Assembly (NCBI GenBank): GCA_964408805.1
Contig: CAYPAV010000021.1
Span: 66-64,065, forward strand
Direction: 5' to 3'
DNA from: an uncultured Rhodospirillaceae bacterium
GTDB lineage: Bacteria > Pseudomonadota > Alphaproteobacteria > UBA8366
DNA length: 64,000 nt
The position numbers were made by a program, and so were the translations under genes. Below are positions 28,487 to 39,910 of this stretch, piece after piece (the stretch's first letter is position 1; each line of letters begins with the position of its first letter). Under the pieces are notes generated by a model. That model was not told the origin of the DNA, did not search any database, and was given only the letters and a program-made list of their open reading frames with translations.

Positions 28487-29863
28487 TCAACGCATCGCGG
28501 GTCGCCAGCGATGGAACCGCCAGGTCAGGGCAAGAGCAACCACGGTAAGCCCGGCGGCGAGGCCGAGCCAGACGCCGACCCCCGCCATGCCCGCCTCGAA
28601 GGCGAGGTAATAGCCGGTCGGAAAGCCGATGCCCCAGTAGCCGATCGCGGCCAGGATCAAGGGCGTTCGGGTGTCCTTCATGCCGCGCAGGATGCCGGCG
28701 GCGATGGCTTGGATGCCGTCGACGATCTGAAACCCGGCGGCGACCATGAAAAGGGCGACGGCATGGTTTCGCGGCACCGTATTCGCGGGATCGTCGGCTT
28801 CCAGAAACAGCGAGATCAAAAAGACGGGTGCGAGCGCGAACAGGAGCGCCGATGCCGACATCCAGGTCGTGCCCATCGCAAGGGATGTCCATCCGGCGCG
28901 CCGCACGCCTTCCGAATCGCGCCGGCCGATCGCGAACCCGACCCGGATCGTCGCCGCCTGGCCAATCCCAAGCGGCACCATGAAAGCCATCGAGATGCAG
29001 CGGATGGCGATCATGTGGGCCGCGAGATAGTCCGTGCCGAGGATGCCCGTCATGAAGATCGCCGTCGCGAAGAGCGCATGTTCCAAAAGCATCATGGCGC
29101 CGATCGGAATGCCGAGACGGAAGACCTCGCGGAAGAGTTCCCAATCCGGCCGCCAGAAGCGTCCCAGGATATAAAACCGGCGGAGGTGCCGGGCGCGGAC
29201 CGCGAAGAGGAGAAGCGAAATGCACATCAAGAGATTGGCGAACGCGAAGACGATGCCCGCCCCCTGAACGCCGACGGCCGGAAATCCGAAGTTGCCGTAC
29301 ATCAGCGCGTAGTTTCCAATCAGCGTGAACGCGATCCCCCCGAGCATGACGTAGAGTGCCGCGCGCGCTCGGTCCATCACGGCGACGAAACCGCGGAGCG
29401 CAATCAGCCAGAGACCGGGGATAAGGCCCCAGCGCGCGTATTCGATATAGCCGGCGGCGCGGACGGCGTTGGTCTCGCTCTGACCGAGCAGCAGGAATAT
29501 CTCGCGGGCATGGGCCAGGATTAAGATGCAAATGGCGCCCATCAGGGTCGCGGCCCAGAGTCCCTGACGGACCGAGCGCCGCACCATCCGGATGTCGCCG
29601 CCGCCCCGCGCCTGCGAGGCGAGCGGGGCGACCGAGCTGACGACCCCAAGCGCGAAGAGGAAGGGAATGGTGTAGAGCGTCAGGCCGAGCCCGCCCGCCG
29701 CCACCGCGTCGGCCCCGACCCGGCCCAGCATCAAGGTTTCGACAACACCGATCGATACGTAGGCGAGCTGGGTCGCGGCGATCGGCGCCGCCAGGGCAAG
29801 GGTCAGGCGGAATTCGGTGCGCCAGGGGTGGTCGATTTCGCGGGGTGTCTCGGCGGGTGACAT
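28487..29863 (-). CDS. MATE-family efflux transporter
   Basis: 458-aa highly hydrophobic ORF with about 12 predicted helices by eye and a MATE-like opening: EFRLTLALAAPIAATQLAYVSIGVVETLMLGRVG. Confidence 0.75.
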   Translation of the reverse strand: MSPAETPREIDHPWRTEFRLTLALAAPIAATQLAYVSIGVVETLMLGRVGADAVAAGGLGLTLYTIPFLFALGVVSSVAPLASQARGGGDIRMVRRSVRQGLWAATLMGAICILILAHAREIFLLLGQSETNAVRAAGYIEYARWGLIPGLWLIALRGFVAVMDRARAALYVMLGGIAFTLIGNYALMYGNFGFPAVGVQGAGIVFAFANLLMCISLLLFAVRARHLRRFYILGRFWRPDWELFREVFRLGIPIGAMMLLEHALFATAIFMTGILGTDYLAAHMIAIRCISMAFMVPLGIGQAATIRVGFAIGRRDSEGVRRAGWTSLAMGTTWMSASALLFALAPVFLISLFLEADDPANTVPRNHAVALFMVAAGFQIVDGIQAIAAGILRGMKDTRTPLILAAIGYWGIGFPTGYYLAFEAGMAGVGVWLGLAAGLTVVALALTWRFHRWRPAMR

Positions 29864-29988
29864 GGTTACGACCTTGGAGCCGTGTCCGGCGGCCGCTCAC
29901 GTGGATTAGCGGTTGGCGATGTCTCGGGCATGGCCGCTCGGGGGCGCCGCCTCCGCGATTGATTCGGAGCCGCCGCGCCGCCTTATAT

Positions 29989-31920
29989 CTATTCCGCCGC
30001 GCCTGCCTCGATCTCGGCCACCGCCTTGTCGGCGCCGATGGCGAGCAGTGCCGTGTGAACGATGTGCCGCGCGTTGAGTTCGGCCGCTTCGTACATGTCG
30101 TAGGGCGCCGCCTGGTCCTGGAAGCGGTCGGGCAGATGCATCGGCCGAATCTTGAGGCCGCCCGCGATCAGGTCGTTGGATGCGAGATGCTCCAGAACAT
30201 GTGTCGCGAATCCCCCGATCGAGGCTTCCTCGATCGTTATCAGCACTTCATGGTTCTTCGCCAGGCGTTCCACCAGGTCCGTGTCGAGTGGCTTCGCGAA
30301 GCGTGCATCGGCAACCGTGGCCGGGAAGCCATGGGCCGCCAATTCATCCGCAGCTTTCAGGCTTTCCAGCAAGCGGCCGCCGAAGGACAGCAGGGCGATC
30401 CTTGAGCCTTCGCGCAACACGCGGCCCCGGCCGATCTCCAGAATTTCGCCTCTTTCCGGCATATCGACCCCAACGCCTTCACCCCGGGGGTAACGCAAGG
30501 CCATCGGGCCTTCGTCATAAGCGACCGCCGTCGCGACCATGTGCACGAGTTCGGCTTCATCACCGGCCGCCATCACGACCATTCCCGGCAAGCAGCCGAG
30601 ATAGGTCACGTCAAAGGCGCCCGCATGCGTCTGGCCGTCGGCGCCCACGAGACCGGCTCGGTCGATCGCGAAACGGACCGGCAGCTTTTGAATCGCGACA
30701 TCATGCACGACCTGGTCGAAGGCTCGTTGCAGGAAGGTCGAGTAGATCGTCGCGAAAGGCTTGAAGCCCTCGGCCGCCAATCCTGCGCAAAACGTCACCC
30801 CATGCTGTTCCGCGATGCCGACGTCGAAGGTCCGGTCCGGGTGCGCCTTGCCGAAGAGGTCCAGCCCCGTACCGTCGGGCATGGCCGCCGTCACCGCGAC
30901 AATCCGGTCGTCTTCGTTCGCCTGCTTGATCAGCTCGTTCGCGTAGACCTTGGTGTAGGAAGGCGCGTTCGAGGTTCCTTTGTGTTGGGCCCCCGTGATC
31001 ACATCGAATTTCGAGACGCCGTGATACTTGTCCGCCGAGTCCTCGGCCGGGGCGTAGCCCTTGCCTTTGACGGTCACGGCATGGAGCAGCACCGGTCCTG
31101 GAATGTCGGAATCGCGGAGATTTTTCAGGACGGGGATCAGGTGGTCCATGTTATGCCCGTCAATGGGGCCCATGTAGTAGAAACCAAGCTCCTCGAACAG
31201 CGTGCCGCCGGTCACCATGCCGCGCGCATATTCCTCCGCCCGCTTCGCCGCGATTTCCATCGGATGCGGCAGTTTTTCGGCGATATCCTTGCCGAGTTCG
31301 CGGAGTTTTCGGTACTCCCTCGACGACAGCAGCCGGGTCAGGTAGTTGTTGAGCGCGCCCACCGGCGGTGCGATCGACATCTCGTTGTCGTTCAAGATCA
31401 CGATCAGCTTCGATTCCATCGCCCCGGCATTGTTCATCGCCTCATAGGCCATGCCCGCCGTCATAGATCCATCGCCGATCACCGCGATGACGTTTCGGTT
31501 TTCTTCCCCCTTCAAATCCCGTCCGACAGCGAAGCCGAGCCCGGCCGAGATCGAGGTCGAGGAATGCGCCGCGCCGAAGGGGTCGTACTTGCTTTCCGAG
31601 CGCTTCGTAAAGCCGGAAAGGCCGCCGCCCTGGCGTAGCGTGTGGATGCGGTCGCGCCGGCCCGTCAAAATCTTGTGCGGGTAACACTGATGGCCGACAT
31701 CCCAGATCAGGGTGTCTCGCGGCGTGTCGAAGACGTAGTGAATTGCCGCCGTCAACTCGACCACGCCTAGGCCCGCGCCGAGATGTCCGCCCGTTCGCGA
31801 AACCGCCTCGACCGTCGCCGAACGCAACTCGTCCGCCAATTGGCGAAGGTCGCCTTCGGGCAGAGATCTTAAATCCGACGGTTCATTGATACCGTCCAAC
31901 AGCGGTGTATTCGAAGTCAA
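29989..31920 (-). CDS. dxs: 1-deoxy-D-xylulose-5-phosphate synthase
   Basis: 643 aa: [71 protein letters not shown]. Confidence 0.95.
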   Translation of the reverse strand: MTSNTPLLDGINEPSDLRSLPEGDLRQLADELRSATVEAVSRTGGHLGAGLGVVELTAAIHYVFDTPRDTLIWDVGHQCYPHKILTGRRDRIHTLRQGGGLSGFTKRSESKYDPFGAAHSSTSISAGLGFAVGRDLKGEENRNVIAVIGDGSMTAGMAYEAMNNAGAMESKLIVILNDNEMSIAPPVGALNNYLTRLLSSREYRKLRELGKDIAEKLPHPMEIAAKRAEEYARGMVTGGTLFEELGFYYMGPIDGHNMDHLIPVLKNLRDSDIPGPVLLHAVTVKGKGYAPAEDSADKYHGVSKFDVITGAQHKGTSNAPSYTKVYANELIKQANEDDRIVAVTAAMPDGTGLDLFGKAHPDRTFDVGIAEQHGVTFCAGLAAEGFKPFATIYSTFLQRAFDQVVHDVAIQKLPVRFAIDRAGLVGADGQTHAGAFDVTYLGCLPGMVVMAAGDEAELVHMVATAVAYDEGPMALRYPRGEGVGVDMPERGEILEIGRGRVLREGSRIALLSFGGRLLESLKAADELAAHGFPATVADARFAKPLDTDLVERLAKNHEVLITIEEASIGGFATHVLEHLASNDLIAGGLKIRPMHLPDRFQDQAAPYDMYEAAELNARHIVHTALLAIGADKAVAEIEAGAAE

Positions 31921-31955
31921 CGGGATCTCCCTTGGCGTATTATGATACCGCTACG

Positions 31956-32843
31956 TCAATTACGACGCTCCACCACGAAGCGGGCTGCCTGACGCAATAG
32001 TTCCGCTTTTTCACCGAAAATAGCAAGATGCGAAATTGCCTGATCGGCCAAATGATTAGCTTGGCCCCGCGCGCGCTCCACACCCAGTATCGACACGAAG
32101 GTGGCCTTACCCGCGCCCTCGTCCTTGTTGACCGCCTTACCCACCTCGTCGACATCGCCTTCGACATCGAGCAAATCGTCGGCGATCTGGAAGGCCAGGC
32201 CGAGATCGTGGGCATAGCCGCGAAGCGCCTCGCGAGCTTCTTCCGAGGCCTGGCCGAGGATCGCCCCCGCCTCGCAGGCGAAAGCGATCAACGCGCCGGT
32301 CTTCAGGCGCTGCAGCCGAGTGATCTGGCCAATGTCGAGTTCTTCGTTCTCGGCGCGAAGGTCGATCATCTGCCCGCCGACCATGCCATGTGCACCCGCC
32401 GCGACCGCAAGGGCCGAAACCAATTCGGTTCGAACGCGGGCGTTGCCGTGCGTATCCGCGCTGGTCAGGACCTCGAAGGCAAGCGGCAATAAGGCGTCGC
32501 CCGCGAGCACCGCAGTCGCGTCGTCGAATTTCTTGTGGACGGTCGGCTTGCCTCGCCTCAGATCGTCATCGTCCATGGCGGGGAGATCGTCATGCACCAG
32601 CGAATAGCAGTGGATGAGTTCAAGAGCCCCGCCGGTCCGAAGCGCTGCCCTTGGGTCGACATCGAACAGTCCGGCGCTCTGCATGACGAGGAAGGGGCGG
32701 AGGCGCTTGCCGCCGCCGAGGGTCGCATAGCGCATCGCCTCATGCAGGCGATGTTCGGTCGCGTCCTCCTCGGCCAATAGCCGGTCGAGAAACGCTTCGA
32801 TCTTCTCGGCCGTTTCAGTTAGGGCTTCCGTGAGATCGGCCAT
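31956..32843 (-). CDS. ispA: Farnesyl/geranyl diphosphate synthase (polyprenyl synthetase)
   Basis: First DDxxD block LVHDDLPAMDDDDLRRGKPT and second block FQIADDLLD. It lies between xseB and dxs, as in many proteobacteria. Confidence 0.9.
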   Translation of the reverse strand: MADLTEALTETAEKIEAFLDRLLAEEDATEHRLHEAMRYATLGGGKRLRPFLVMQSAGLFDVDPRAALRTGGALELIHCYSLVHDDLPAMDDDDLRRGKPTVHKKFDDATAVLAGDALLPLAFEVLTSADTHGNARVRTELVSALAVAAGAHGMVGGQMIDLRAENEELDIGQITRLQRLKTGALIAFACEAGAILGQASEEAREALRGYAHDLGLAFQIADDLLDVEGDVDEVGKAVNKDEGAGKATFVSILGVERARGQANHLADQAISHLAIFGEKAELLRQAARFVVERRN

Positions 32844-32849
32844 GCCGGT

Positions 32850-33101
32850 TCAGTCGATATCCACGGCTTCCGCGCTCGGCGCGCCGTCGGCATCGAGGGA
32901 AATTTTTTCGATTTTCGCATGGGCCTCGCGCAACTTGGCCTCGCAATGGCGCTTCAGGGCCGCGCCCCGCGTATAGCTGGTGATCGCGTCGTCAAGTTTG
33001 GCATCGCCGGACTCGAGCGCCTTCACGATCGTCTCCAATGCCTGCAAGGCATCTTCGAAGCTCATCTTCTTGATGTCGTTCGGGATTTCGTTCTCGGCCA
33101 T
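32850..33101 (-). CDS. xseB: Exodeoxyribonuclease VII small subunit
   Basis: 83 aa: SFEDALQALETIVKALESGDAKLDDAITSYTRGAALKRHCEAKL. It sits in the conserved position upstream of ispA-dxs. Confidence 0.9.
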   Translation of the reverse strand: MAENEIPNDIKKMSFEDALQALETIVKALESGDAKLDDAITSYTRGAALKRHCEAKLREAHAKIEKISLDADGAPSAEAVDID

Positions 33102-33179
33102 TCCTGCCTCTCCATCGGGAGTTTAGTCGCGGGCCATTCGCCTGTCCAAAGCTATATGTGATTGGGCGGCAATCCAGGT

Positions 33180-34127
33180 TCAGGCGTTACCGTCGCGCCC
33201 GGTGGACATCAAGACGCTGACATGCGCGGCGGCGCTCGCCGCAAGCGCATCCAGATCGTAGCCCCCCTCAAGGGTCGAGACGACACGCCCTTCGCAGGCC
33301 GCGTCGGCGATCTCGAGCAGGCTTGCTGTTGCCCAGGCGTAATCCGCCTCGACGAATTCGAGCTGCGCCAGCGGATCCGCGGCATGTGCATCGAACCCGG
33401 CGGATATAAACAAGAAGTCGGGCGAAAAGGCCTGGAGCGCGGGAAGGACTTGTTCCTCCATGCCGGCGCGGAACTGGTCCGAGCCCGCATGGGGCGGCAG
33501 CGGCAGGTTGACGATATTGCCGTGCGCGCCGGTCTCGGACTCGCCGCCCGTGCCGGGATAAAGCGGCATCTGGTGCGAGGAGGCGAAGAATCGCGTCGCG
33601 TCGTCCCAGAACATCGCTTGAGTTCCGTTGCCGTGGTGCACGTCGAAATCGACCACGGCCACCCGTGCCCGACCGTGGACCGCTTGGGCATGGGCGGCTC
33701 CGATGGCGACATTGTTGAACAGGCAGAACCCCATCGGGACGGCCGGTTCCGCGTGGTGGCCCGGCGGTCGGACGGCGCAGAACGCGTTTTGGGCTGCGCC
33801 GGCCATGATGGCGTCGATCGCGGCACAGACCGCCCCCGCCGCGCGCCGCGCCGCCTCGCCCGAGGCCGGCGAGACGTGAGTGTCTCCGTCGAGCGCGGCC
33901 CGGCCTTCCGCCGGGATCGCGGCCAGAACCTTCTCGACGTATTCGATTGGGTGGACCCGGGCGATCTGATCCAACGAGGCTTCCGGTGCCTCGCGGCGGT
34001 CGAGCGGCGCGAACGCATCGGCCGCCAGCGCCCGGCGCACCGCCTTCAACCGGGCAGGCGATTCCGGATGCATCGGGCCCGGGTCATGAGCCTCGCAGAT
34101 ATCATGGGTATAGAGGATGGTCGTCAT
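33180..34127 (-). CDS. Histone deacetylase-family amidohydrolase (AcuC/Aph-like)
   Basis: RPPGHHAEPAVPMGFCLFNNVA and DFDVHHGNGTQ. ATG 34127 (MTTILYTHDICEAH) was chosen; the longer ORF-track extension is low-complexity. Confidence 0.85.
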   Translation of the reverse strand: MTTILYTHDICEAHDPGPMHPESPARLKAVRRALAADAFAPLDRREAPEASLDQIARVHPIEYVEKVLAAIPAEGRAALDGDTHVSPASGEAARRAAGAVCAAIDAIMAGAAQNAFCAVRPPGHHAEPAVPMGFCLFNNVAIGAAHAQAVHGRARVAVVDFDVHHGNGTQAMFWDDATRFFASSHQMPLYPGTGGESETGAHGNIVNLPLPPHAGSDQFRAGMEEQVLPALQAFSPDFLFISAGFDAHAADPLAQLEFVEADYAWATASLLEIADAACEGRVVSTLEGGYDLDALAASAAAHVSVLMSTGRDGNA

Positions 34128-34293
34128 CGAACTCCGCCTATAAATCCGCGCAGCGGCGCGATCTTTCCCGGTCCAGTCTATAGCCGAGCGGGGGTAGCGC
34201 TGTCCAACCGTGGGAAATTTCCATGAAAACTTCGCGGCAAGACCATTTTGGTTCTTTCCAGCGCGCCATTTATATGCAAATTTGCGTTTAATT

Positions 34294-35445
34294 ATGACTC
34301 TATGTATCTGGAAATATCGACGAGCGGTCAAAATCTTGGCCTTGGCGCCTCTCTTGGCCATGGCGGTATCGGGCGACCTCGCGGCACAGAAAAAGCCGAC
34401 CAAGGTCTCCGTCGACAAGGTCCGCTTGACCGAGGTCGCGCAAACCTTTCCTGTGATCGGCCGCTTCGTGGCCCGGCAGTCGGGTGTCGTGGCTTCCAGG
34501 GTCGGCGGGCCGGTCGACGCCGTGTTGGTCGAGGTCGGCGACCGGGTGAAGAAGGGGCAGGTCATCGCGCGGCTAGTGCCGGACCGACTGCGGGCGAATC
34601 GTGACCTTCTCGCGGTCGAAATTCGCGAAAAACAGTCGGCGGTGAGGGCGGCAGAGGCCCAGTTAAAACTAACGCTCGGTGAACTGGCGCGGCTCGATGG
34701 GTTGCGAAAATCGGCGGCGTTTTCACAGGCACGCTATAACGACAAGCGAAACGAGGTCGCCAAGTATCGCGGCGAGCTGGGCGCGGCCGAAGGGGCCGTC
34801 GCGCGCGCCCGCGCCAATCTGAAACTGGCATCGATCGACCTCTACAATGCCGAAATTCGAACCCCATACGATGCCGTCGTGGTGCGGCGAAGCACGGTGG
34901 CGGGCGCCTATCTTTCGGTCGGCGATCCGGTGGTATGGCTGGTCAACGATCTCGGTATGGAGATCGAGGCGGACGTGCCCGCCAATCGCCTGGTCGGGCT
35001 CGGCATCGGTCGCAAGATCGAGGTTCGCCGCGACGATGGGATTCGCTTCGGGGCATCCATTCGCGCCATCGTCCCCTCCGAGAGTGCCGCGACCCGCACC
35101 CGGCCCGTGCGTTTTGTCCTGGAATCGGATCCCGATCCCGCGGTGCTGCGGGGCTTGGCCGAAAATCAGAGCGTCACCGTTCTCCTGCCCGTGGCGAAGG
35201 CGCGGCGCTTGCTGACCGTGCATAAGGATGCGGTGGTCACCCGCGGGGGTGCCAAGGTCGTCGTCCTGGTCGAGGGCGGCAAGACCAAGTCCCGGAGCGT
35301 GCGCGTCGGCGAGGCGGTCGGCGACCGGTTCGCCGTCGAGTTCGGGTTGAAGGCGGGCGATATCGTCGTGATTCGCGGCAATGAGCGGCTTCGTCCGGGC
35401 CAGTCGGTCATCTATGATACGCCGAGTGGAAAACCCTCGGGCTGA
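34294..35445 (+). CDS. Efflux RND transporter periplasmic adaptor subunit
   Basis: Signal or anchor sequence ILALAPLLAMAVSG, lipoyl-like hairpin VGGPVDAVLVEVGDRVKKGQVIARL, and a coiled-coil segment. It sits upstream of the RND pump gene. The start is uncertain. Confidence 0.8.
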   Translation: MTLCIWKYRRAVKILALAPLLAMAVSGDLAAQKKPTKVSVDKVRLTEVAQTFPVIGRFVARQSGVVASRVGGPVDAVLVEVGDRVKKGQVIARLVPDRLRANRDLLAVEIREKQSAVRAAEAQLKLTLGELARLDGLRKSAAFSQARYNDKRNEVAKYRGELGAAEGAVARARANLKLASIDLYNAEIRTPYDAVVVRRSTVAGAYLSVGDPVVWLVNDLGMEIEADVPANRLVGLGIGRKIEVRRDDGIRFGASIRAIVPSESAATRTRPVRFVLESDPDPAVLRGLAENQSVTVLLPVAKARRLLTVHKDAVVTRGGAKVVVLVEGGKTKSRSVRVGEAVGDRFAVEFGLKAGDIVVIRGNERLRPGQSVIYDTPSGKPSG

Positions 35446-35463
35446 CCGAACGGGTGGGATCAC

Positions 35464-38400
35464 ATGAACCTCATCAAATTCGCCATCGACCGACCGACCG
35501 CGGTACTCGCGGCGGTCATCATGGCGGTGTTGTTCGGTTTCGTGGCGCTGAACACGATCCCGATTCAACTGGCACCCGACGTGGCCCGGCCCGTCATCGA
35601 CATCCAGACCGATTGGCACGGCGCGGCACCCGCGGAAGTCGAGCGCGAGATCCTCAATCTCCAGGAAGAGCAACTGAAGGGGCTTTCCGGATTGGAGCGG
35701 GTCGAGGGGCGCGCCCTTCAAAGTCAGGCCCGCCTGAAGCTCGAATTCGGCATCGGGACCGATATGGACAAGGCCTTGCTGCTCGTCGCCAACCGGCTCG
35801 ATGGCGTCACCGGCTATCCCGACGAGGCCGACGAACCCCGCCTCAAGGTCGCCGGTCCCGAGGACAACCGGATCGCCTGGTTCCATTTGACCCGGCGCGA
35901 GGGAAATACCCGGCCGATCCATCACTTCGGCGATTTTGCGGACGATATCATCCGCGAGCGCCTGGAGCGTGTGCCCGGCGTCGCCACGGTGAATGTCTAT
36001 GGCGGCGGGGCCAAGGAAATCCGGGTCATCGTCGATCCGGCGAAGATGGCGCGCTACGGTCTCACGGTCCCGGAGGTTCTGGACCGCTTACGGAAGGCGA
36101 ACATCTCGGTCACCGGCGGCGACGTCGAGGAAGGCAAACGCCGATACGTCGTCCGGACCGAAGCCGAACTGAACACCTTGGAATCGATCCGCATGGTGGT
36201 CCTGCGGACGATCGAGGAGCAGGGGACGAGCCGAGTCGGTCGTGTTCTTGTCGGCGATATCGGGACCGTCACCTACGGTTACAAGAAACCGACCGCGCGG
36301 GTGCGAACCAACGGTCACGCGGCCATCGCCATCAATGCAACGCGCGAGGTCGGCGCCAACGTCATCGAAACCATGAAGGGCATTCGGAAGGCCGTCGGCG
36401 AGTTGAACGCCGGCGCGATCGCGGATGAGGGCCTTGAATTTCGCCAGCTCTATGACGAGACCGTCTACATCAACTCGGCGATCGATCTGGTCGTGCAGAA
36501 TATTTGGATCGGCGGAACGATCGCCATCGTGATCCTGATGTTGTTCCTGCGCTCGGCCCGGGCGACGCTGGTCATCGGTCTCGCCATTCCGGTTTCGGTG
36601 GTCGCCTCCTTCGTCGCCATGGCAATGCTGGGACGGTCGATCAACGTGGTCTCGCTGGCCGGGATCGCCTTTGCAGTCGGCATGGTCGTCGACGCGGCGA
36701 TCGTGGTGCTGGAGAATATCTACCGCATGCGCGAGCAGGGGCGCGAACCCTCCATCGCGGCTCTCCTTGGCGCGAAGCAGGTTTGGGGGGCCATTCTGGT
36801 CTCCGCCCTGACGACGGTCATGGTTTTCATTCCGCTGCTGATCATGGATCTGGAGGTGGGACAGCTGTTCCGCGATATCGCGGTCGCGATCTCGGTCGCC
36901 GTACTACTTTCGCTCCTGGTCTCAGTCACCGTCATTCCGGCTCTCTCAAGGCGTATGCTGGTCGGCAACGTCAAAGCTCCCGGCGCGGGATTGTCGATCC
37001 CAATTGCCGATCATATCGGCCGCGCCTTTACCGCCGCCGTGGTGGGCCTGGTCCGGCGGGTTGTCGGCAATCGCGCGCTGGCACTTGGGCTGGTCGTGGC
37101 GCTGACGGGAATCACCGGAACCGCGACCTGGATCTATTTGCCGCCGCTCGAATATCTGCCGGAAGGCAACAGAAACCTGGTGATCAGCGCGGTCTTTCCG
37201 CCACCCGGCTACAACCTCAAGACCATGTCCGACATGGCCGCCCGGGTCGAGCGCGAGGTCCTGCCCCATCTCGCGGCCGGCGATGAGAAGATGGCGCCGC
37301 CCGACGAGCCGCCGAAGCTCAAGTATTTTTTCTATGTGGTCTGGCGGAACCAGACCTTCCTGGGGGCCCGCGGCACCGATCCCAGCCGCGCCAAGGACAT
37401 GATCCCGATCCTGAAAAAGCCGGCGATCAAGGAGCCGGGTACGTTTGTCTATAGTTATCAGCCGTCGATTTTCGGGCGCGGCATCGGCGGCAGTCGCGCG
37501 GTCGACATGGACGTGACCGGCCTTGCCCTGGACGATGTCTTCCAGGTCGCCCGCCGGGCGGCGGCGAAGATTTCCCGGATCCTGCCGCGCCGCGAGGGGA
37601 CGAGTTTCCGGCCGCGACCGAATCTGCAGCTCGGCGAGCCCGAAATTCGTGTGACGCCTCACCGGGTGCGTCTTGCCGATGCCGGCCTCTCGGCGCGCGA
37701 TCTGGCGCTGACGATCGACGCCTTCAATGACGGCGTTCGCGTCGCCGAGGTGACGGAAGGCGGCAGCCAGATCGATCTCGTGCTGATGGGGCCCGAGGAC
37801 AATGTCGTCGAGACACAGGGAATAGGGAACCTGCCGGTCGTCACCAAATCGGGGACGATCCTGCCGGTCGGTTCGCTCGCCAAGATCGACGTGACCGCGG
37901 GTCCGACCGAGATCCGCCATGTCGAGCGGGCACGCACGGTGACCCTGCAGATCCGGCCGGCGGCGAAGATCGCGCTCGGCGATGCGCTCGACATCCTGCA
38001 GCGGGACGTGATCGACAAGCTGGTGGCGGAAGGCCTGCCGCCCGGCGTTCGAATCCGGCTTTCCGGCACCGCCGACAAACTGGTGGCGACGGCGGCCGAG
38101 ATGCAGTGGGATCTGCTGCTGGCCCTTGCCATCGTCTATCTGGTGATGGCGGTGCTGTTCGAAAGCTTTTTCTATCCGCTGATCATTATCCTTTCGGTGC
38201 CGCTGGCGACCGCGGGCGGGGTGATGGGGCTGACGCTGCTCAACCTGGTCCACTTTCAGGCGCTCGATATGCTGACCTTGCTGGGGTTCGTCATTCTGAT
38301 CGGCATCGTGGTCAATAACGCCATCCTGATCGTCCACCAGACCCTGCACCACATCCGCGAGGAGGGCATGGATCAGGGGGAGGCGATCATCGAGGCGACG

Positions 38401-38661
38401 CGAAACCGTATCCGGCCGATCTTCATGTCGACCCTGACCAGTGTCGGCGGCATGCTGCCGCTGGTCCTGTTCCCGGGCGCCGGATCGGAGATCTATCGCG
38501 GTCTGGGATCGGTTGTCGTCGGCGGGTTGGCGCTCTCGGCGGTGCTGACGCTGGCCATCGTCCCGCCGCTTCTCAGTATGTTCGTGGGTATGCTGGAAGC
38601 GAAGCGGGACGAACGCATGATCGCCAAGGCCGGCGAGGCCGTGCCCAAGGCGGCGGAATAG
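35464..38661 (+). CDS. Efflux RND transporter permease (AcrB/AcrD/AcrF family)
   Basis: 1065 aa with the typical opening MNLIKFAIDRPTAVLAAVIMAVLFG and two large periplasmic loops between TM bundles. Confidence 0.9.
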   Translation: MNLIKFAIDRPTAVLAAVIMAVLFGFVALNTIPIQLAPDVARPVIDIQTDWHGAAPAEVEREILNLQEEQLKGLSGLERVEGRALQSQARLKLEFGIGTDMDKALLLVANRLDGVTGYPDEADEPRLKVAGPEDNRIAWFHLTRREGNTRPIHHFGDFADDIIRERLERVPGVATVNVYGGGAKEIRVIVDPAKMARYGLTVPEVLDRLRKANISVTGGDVEEGKRRYVVRTEAELNTLESIRMVVLRTIEEQGTSRVGRVLVGDIGTVTYGYKKPTARVRTNGHAAIAINATREVGANVIETMKGIRKAVGELNAGAIADEGLEFRQLYDETVYINSAIDLVVQNIWIGGTIAIVILMLFLRSARATLVIGLAIPVSVVASFVAMAMLGRSINVVSLAGIAFAVGMVVDAAIVVLENIYRMREQGREPSIAALLGAKQVWGAILVSALTTVMVFIPLLIMDLEVGQLFRDIAVAISVAVLLSLLVSVTVIPALSRRMLVGNVKAPGAGLSIPIADHIGRAFTAAVVGLVRRVVGNRALALGLVVALTGITGTATWIYLPPLEYLPEGNRNLVISAVFPPPGYNLKTMSDMAARVEREVLPHLAAGDEKMAPPDEPPKLKYFFYVVWRNQTFLGARGTDPSRAKDMIPILKKPAIKEPGTFVYSYQPSIFGRGIGGSRAVDMDVTGLALDDVFQVARRAAAKISRILPRREGTSFRPRPNLQLGEPEIRVTPHRVRLADAGLSARDLALTIDAFNDGVRVAEVTEGGSQIDLVLMGPEDNVVETQGIGNLPVVTKSGTILPVGSLAKIDVTAGPTEIRHVERARTVTLQIRPAAKIALGDALDILQRDVIDKLVAEGLPPGVRIRLSGTADKLVATAAEMQWDLLLALAIVYLVMAVLFESFFYPLIIILSVPLATAGGVMGLTLLNLVHFQALDMLTLLGFVILIGIVVNNAILIVHQTLHHIREEGMDQGEAIIEATRNRIRPIFMSTLTSVGGMLPLVLFPGAGSEIYRGLGSVVVGGLALSAVLTLAIVPPLLSMFVGMLEAKRDERMIAKAGEAVPKAAE

Positions 38662-38676
38662 AACCGAAACCAACCC

Positions 38677-39819
38677 ATGTCATATGATTTCATCGTCATC
38701 GGCGGCGGTATTGCGGGGGCCGCGGCCGGCTATGCGCTGGCGGCGGAGGGCAAGGTCGTCGTCCTCGAGATGGAGGATCAGCCGGGCTATCACAGCACCG
38801 GCCGTTCGGCGGCCCAGTATACCGAACTCTACGGCAACGGCCCGGTTCGGGCCCTCGTGCGCCTCAGCCACGAATTTCTAGATACGCCGCCGCCGGGCTT
38901 CACGGAGACGCCGATCCTGACGCCGCGAGGCGCCCTCTTTGTCGGTACCGAAGAACAACGACCGGCGATCGAGGAGATCCTCGCCCTGGCGGTGGCCGAG
39001 AACTGTCCCGCCCGCGAATTGTCGCCCGAGGCGGCGGCCGCGATCGTTTCGGTGTTGCGACCAGACGACTTCGCAACCGCCGTTCACGAACCTGAATCCA
39101 TGGATATCGATGTGCATGCGCTACTTGGCGGATACCTCCGCCAGTTGCGGGCGCGGGGAGGCGAGTTGGTGACCGGGGCGGAGGTGCGGGAGATGACGCG
39201 CCAGGGATCGGCTTGGCGGGTCGAGACGTCCGCCGGTGCGTTCACCGCGCCCGTTGTCGTCAACGCCGCCGGCGCCTGGGGCGACGTGGTCGCCGAGCGC
39301 GCCGGCGTCAATCCGATCGGCCTCGTTCCGAAGCGGCGCACGGTTATCCTTTTCGATCCGCCGCCCGAAATTGAAATCGCGGATTGGCCGCTCGTCATCG
39401 ACGCCGACGAGAATTGGTATTTCAAGCCGGATGCGGGGAAGGTGCTGGCCTCACCGGCCGACGAGACGCCGGTCCCGCCGTCGGACGTGCAGCCGGAGGA
39501 TATCGACGTGGCGTTGATCGCCGATCGGATCGAACGCATGACGACCATGACGGTCGGCCGCATCAGCCATCGCCGCGCGGGGCTTCGAACCTTCACCGGA
39601 GACAAGACCCCGGTTGCCGGTTTCGCGCCCGATGCCGAGGGATTTCTGTGGTTGGTCGGTCAGGGCGGCTATGGGATCGAGACCGCGCCCGCGATGGCCC
39701 GTGCGGCGACGGCACTAATCACCTCGAAGGATCTCCCGGCGGATTTCGCGAAGGTTGGCGTTAAGGCCGAGGATTTGAGTCCGGCGCGGCTCCTCCGGGG
39801 CGATCACATTAATTTGTAG
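38677..39819 (+). CDS. FAD-dependent oxidoreductase (DAO family)
   Basis: N-terminal dinucleotide fold YDFIVIGGGIAGAAAGYALA; 380 aa. Confidence 0.8.
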   Translation: MSYDFIVIGGGIAGAAAGYALAAEGKVVVLEMEDQPGYHSTGRSAAQYTELYGNGPVRALVRLSHEFLDTPPPGFTETPILTPRGALFVGTEEQRPAIEEILALAVAENCPARELSPEAAAAIVSVLRPDDFATAVHEPESMDIDVHALLGGYLRQLRARGGELVTGAEVREMTRQGSAWRVETSAGAFTAPVVVNAAGAWGDVVAERAGVNPIGLVPKRRTVILFDPPPEIEIADWPLVIDADENWYFKPDAGKVLASPADETPVPPSDVQPEDIDVALIADRIERMTTMTVGRISHRRAGLRTFTGDKTPVAGFAPDAEGFLWLVGQGGYGIETAPAMARAATALITSKDLPADFAKVGVKAEDLSPARLLRGDHINL

Positions 39820-39910
39820 AGACATTCCCGCCAAACCAAGTTGAATCCGGCTAACATATAAGCGGGACCTGAATTAAAGCATGCGTTGAGTTGGGGCGGT
39901 GGCATAGGGA

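Noticed and set aside
34128-34565. 146-codon N-terminal extension of the deacetylase ORF
   Set aside because: It is non-protein-like, runs into the divergent promoter region, and overlaps the adaptor gene start. The family N-terminus begins at ATG 34127.
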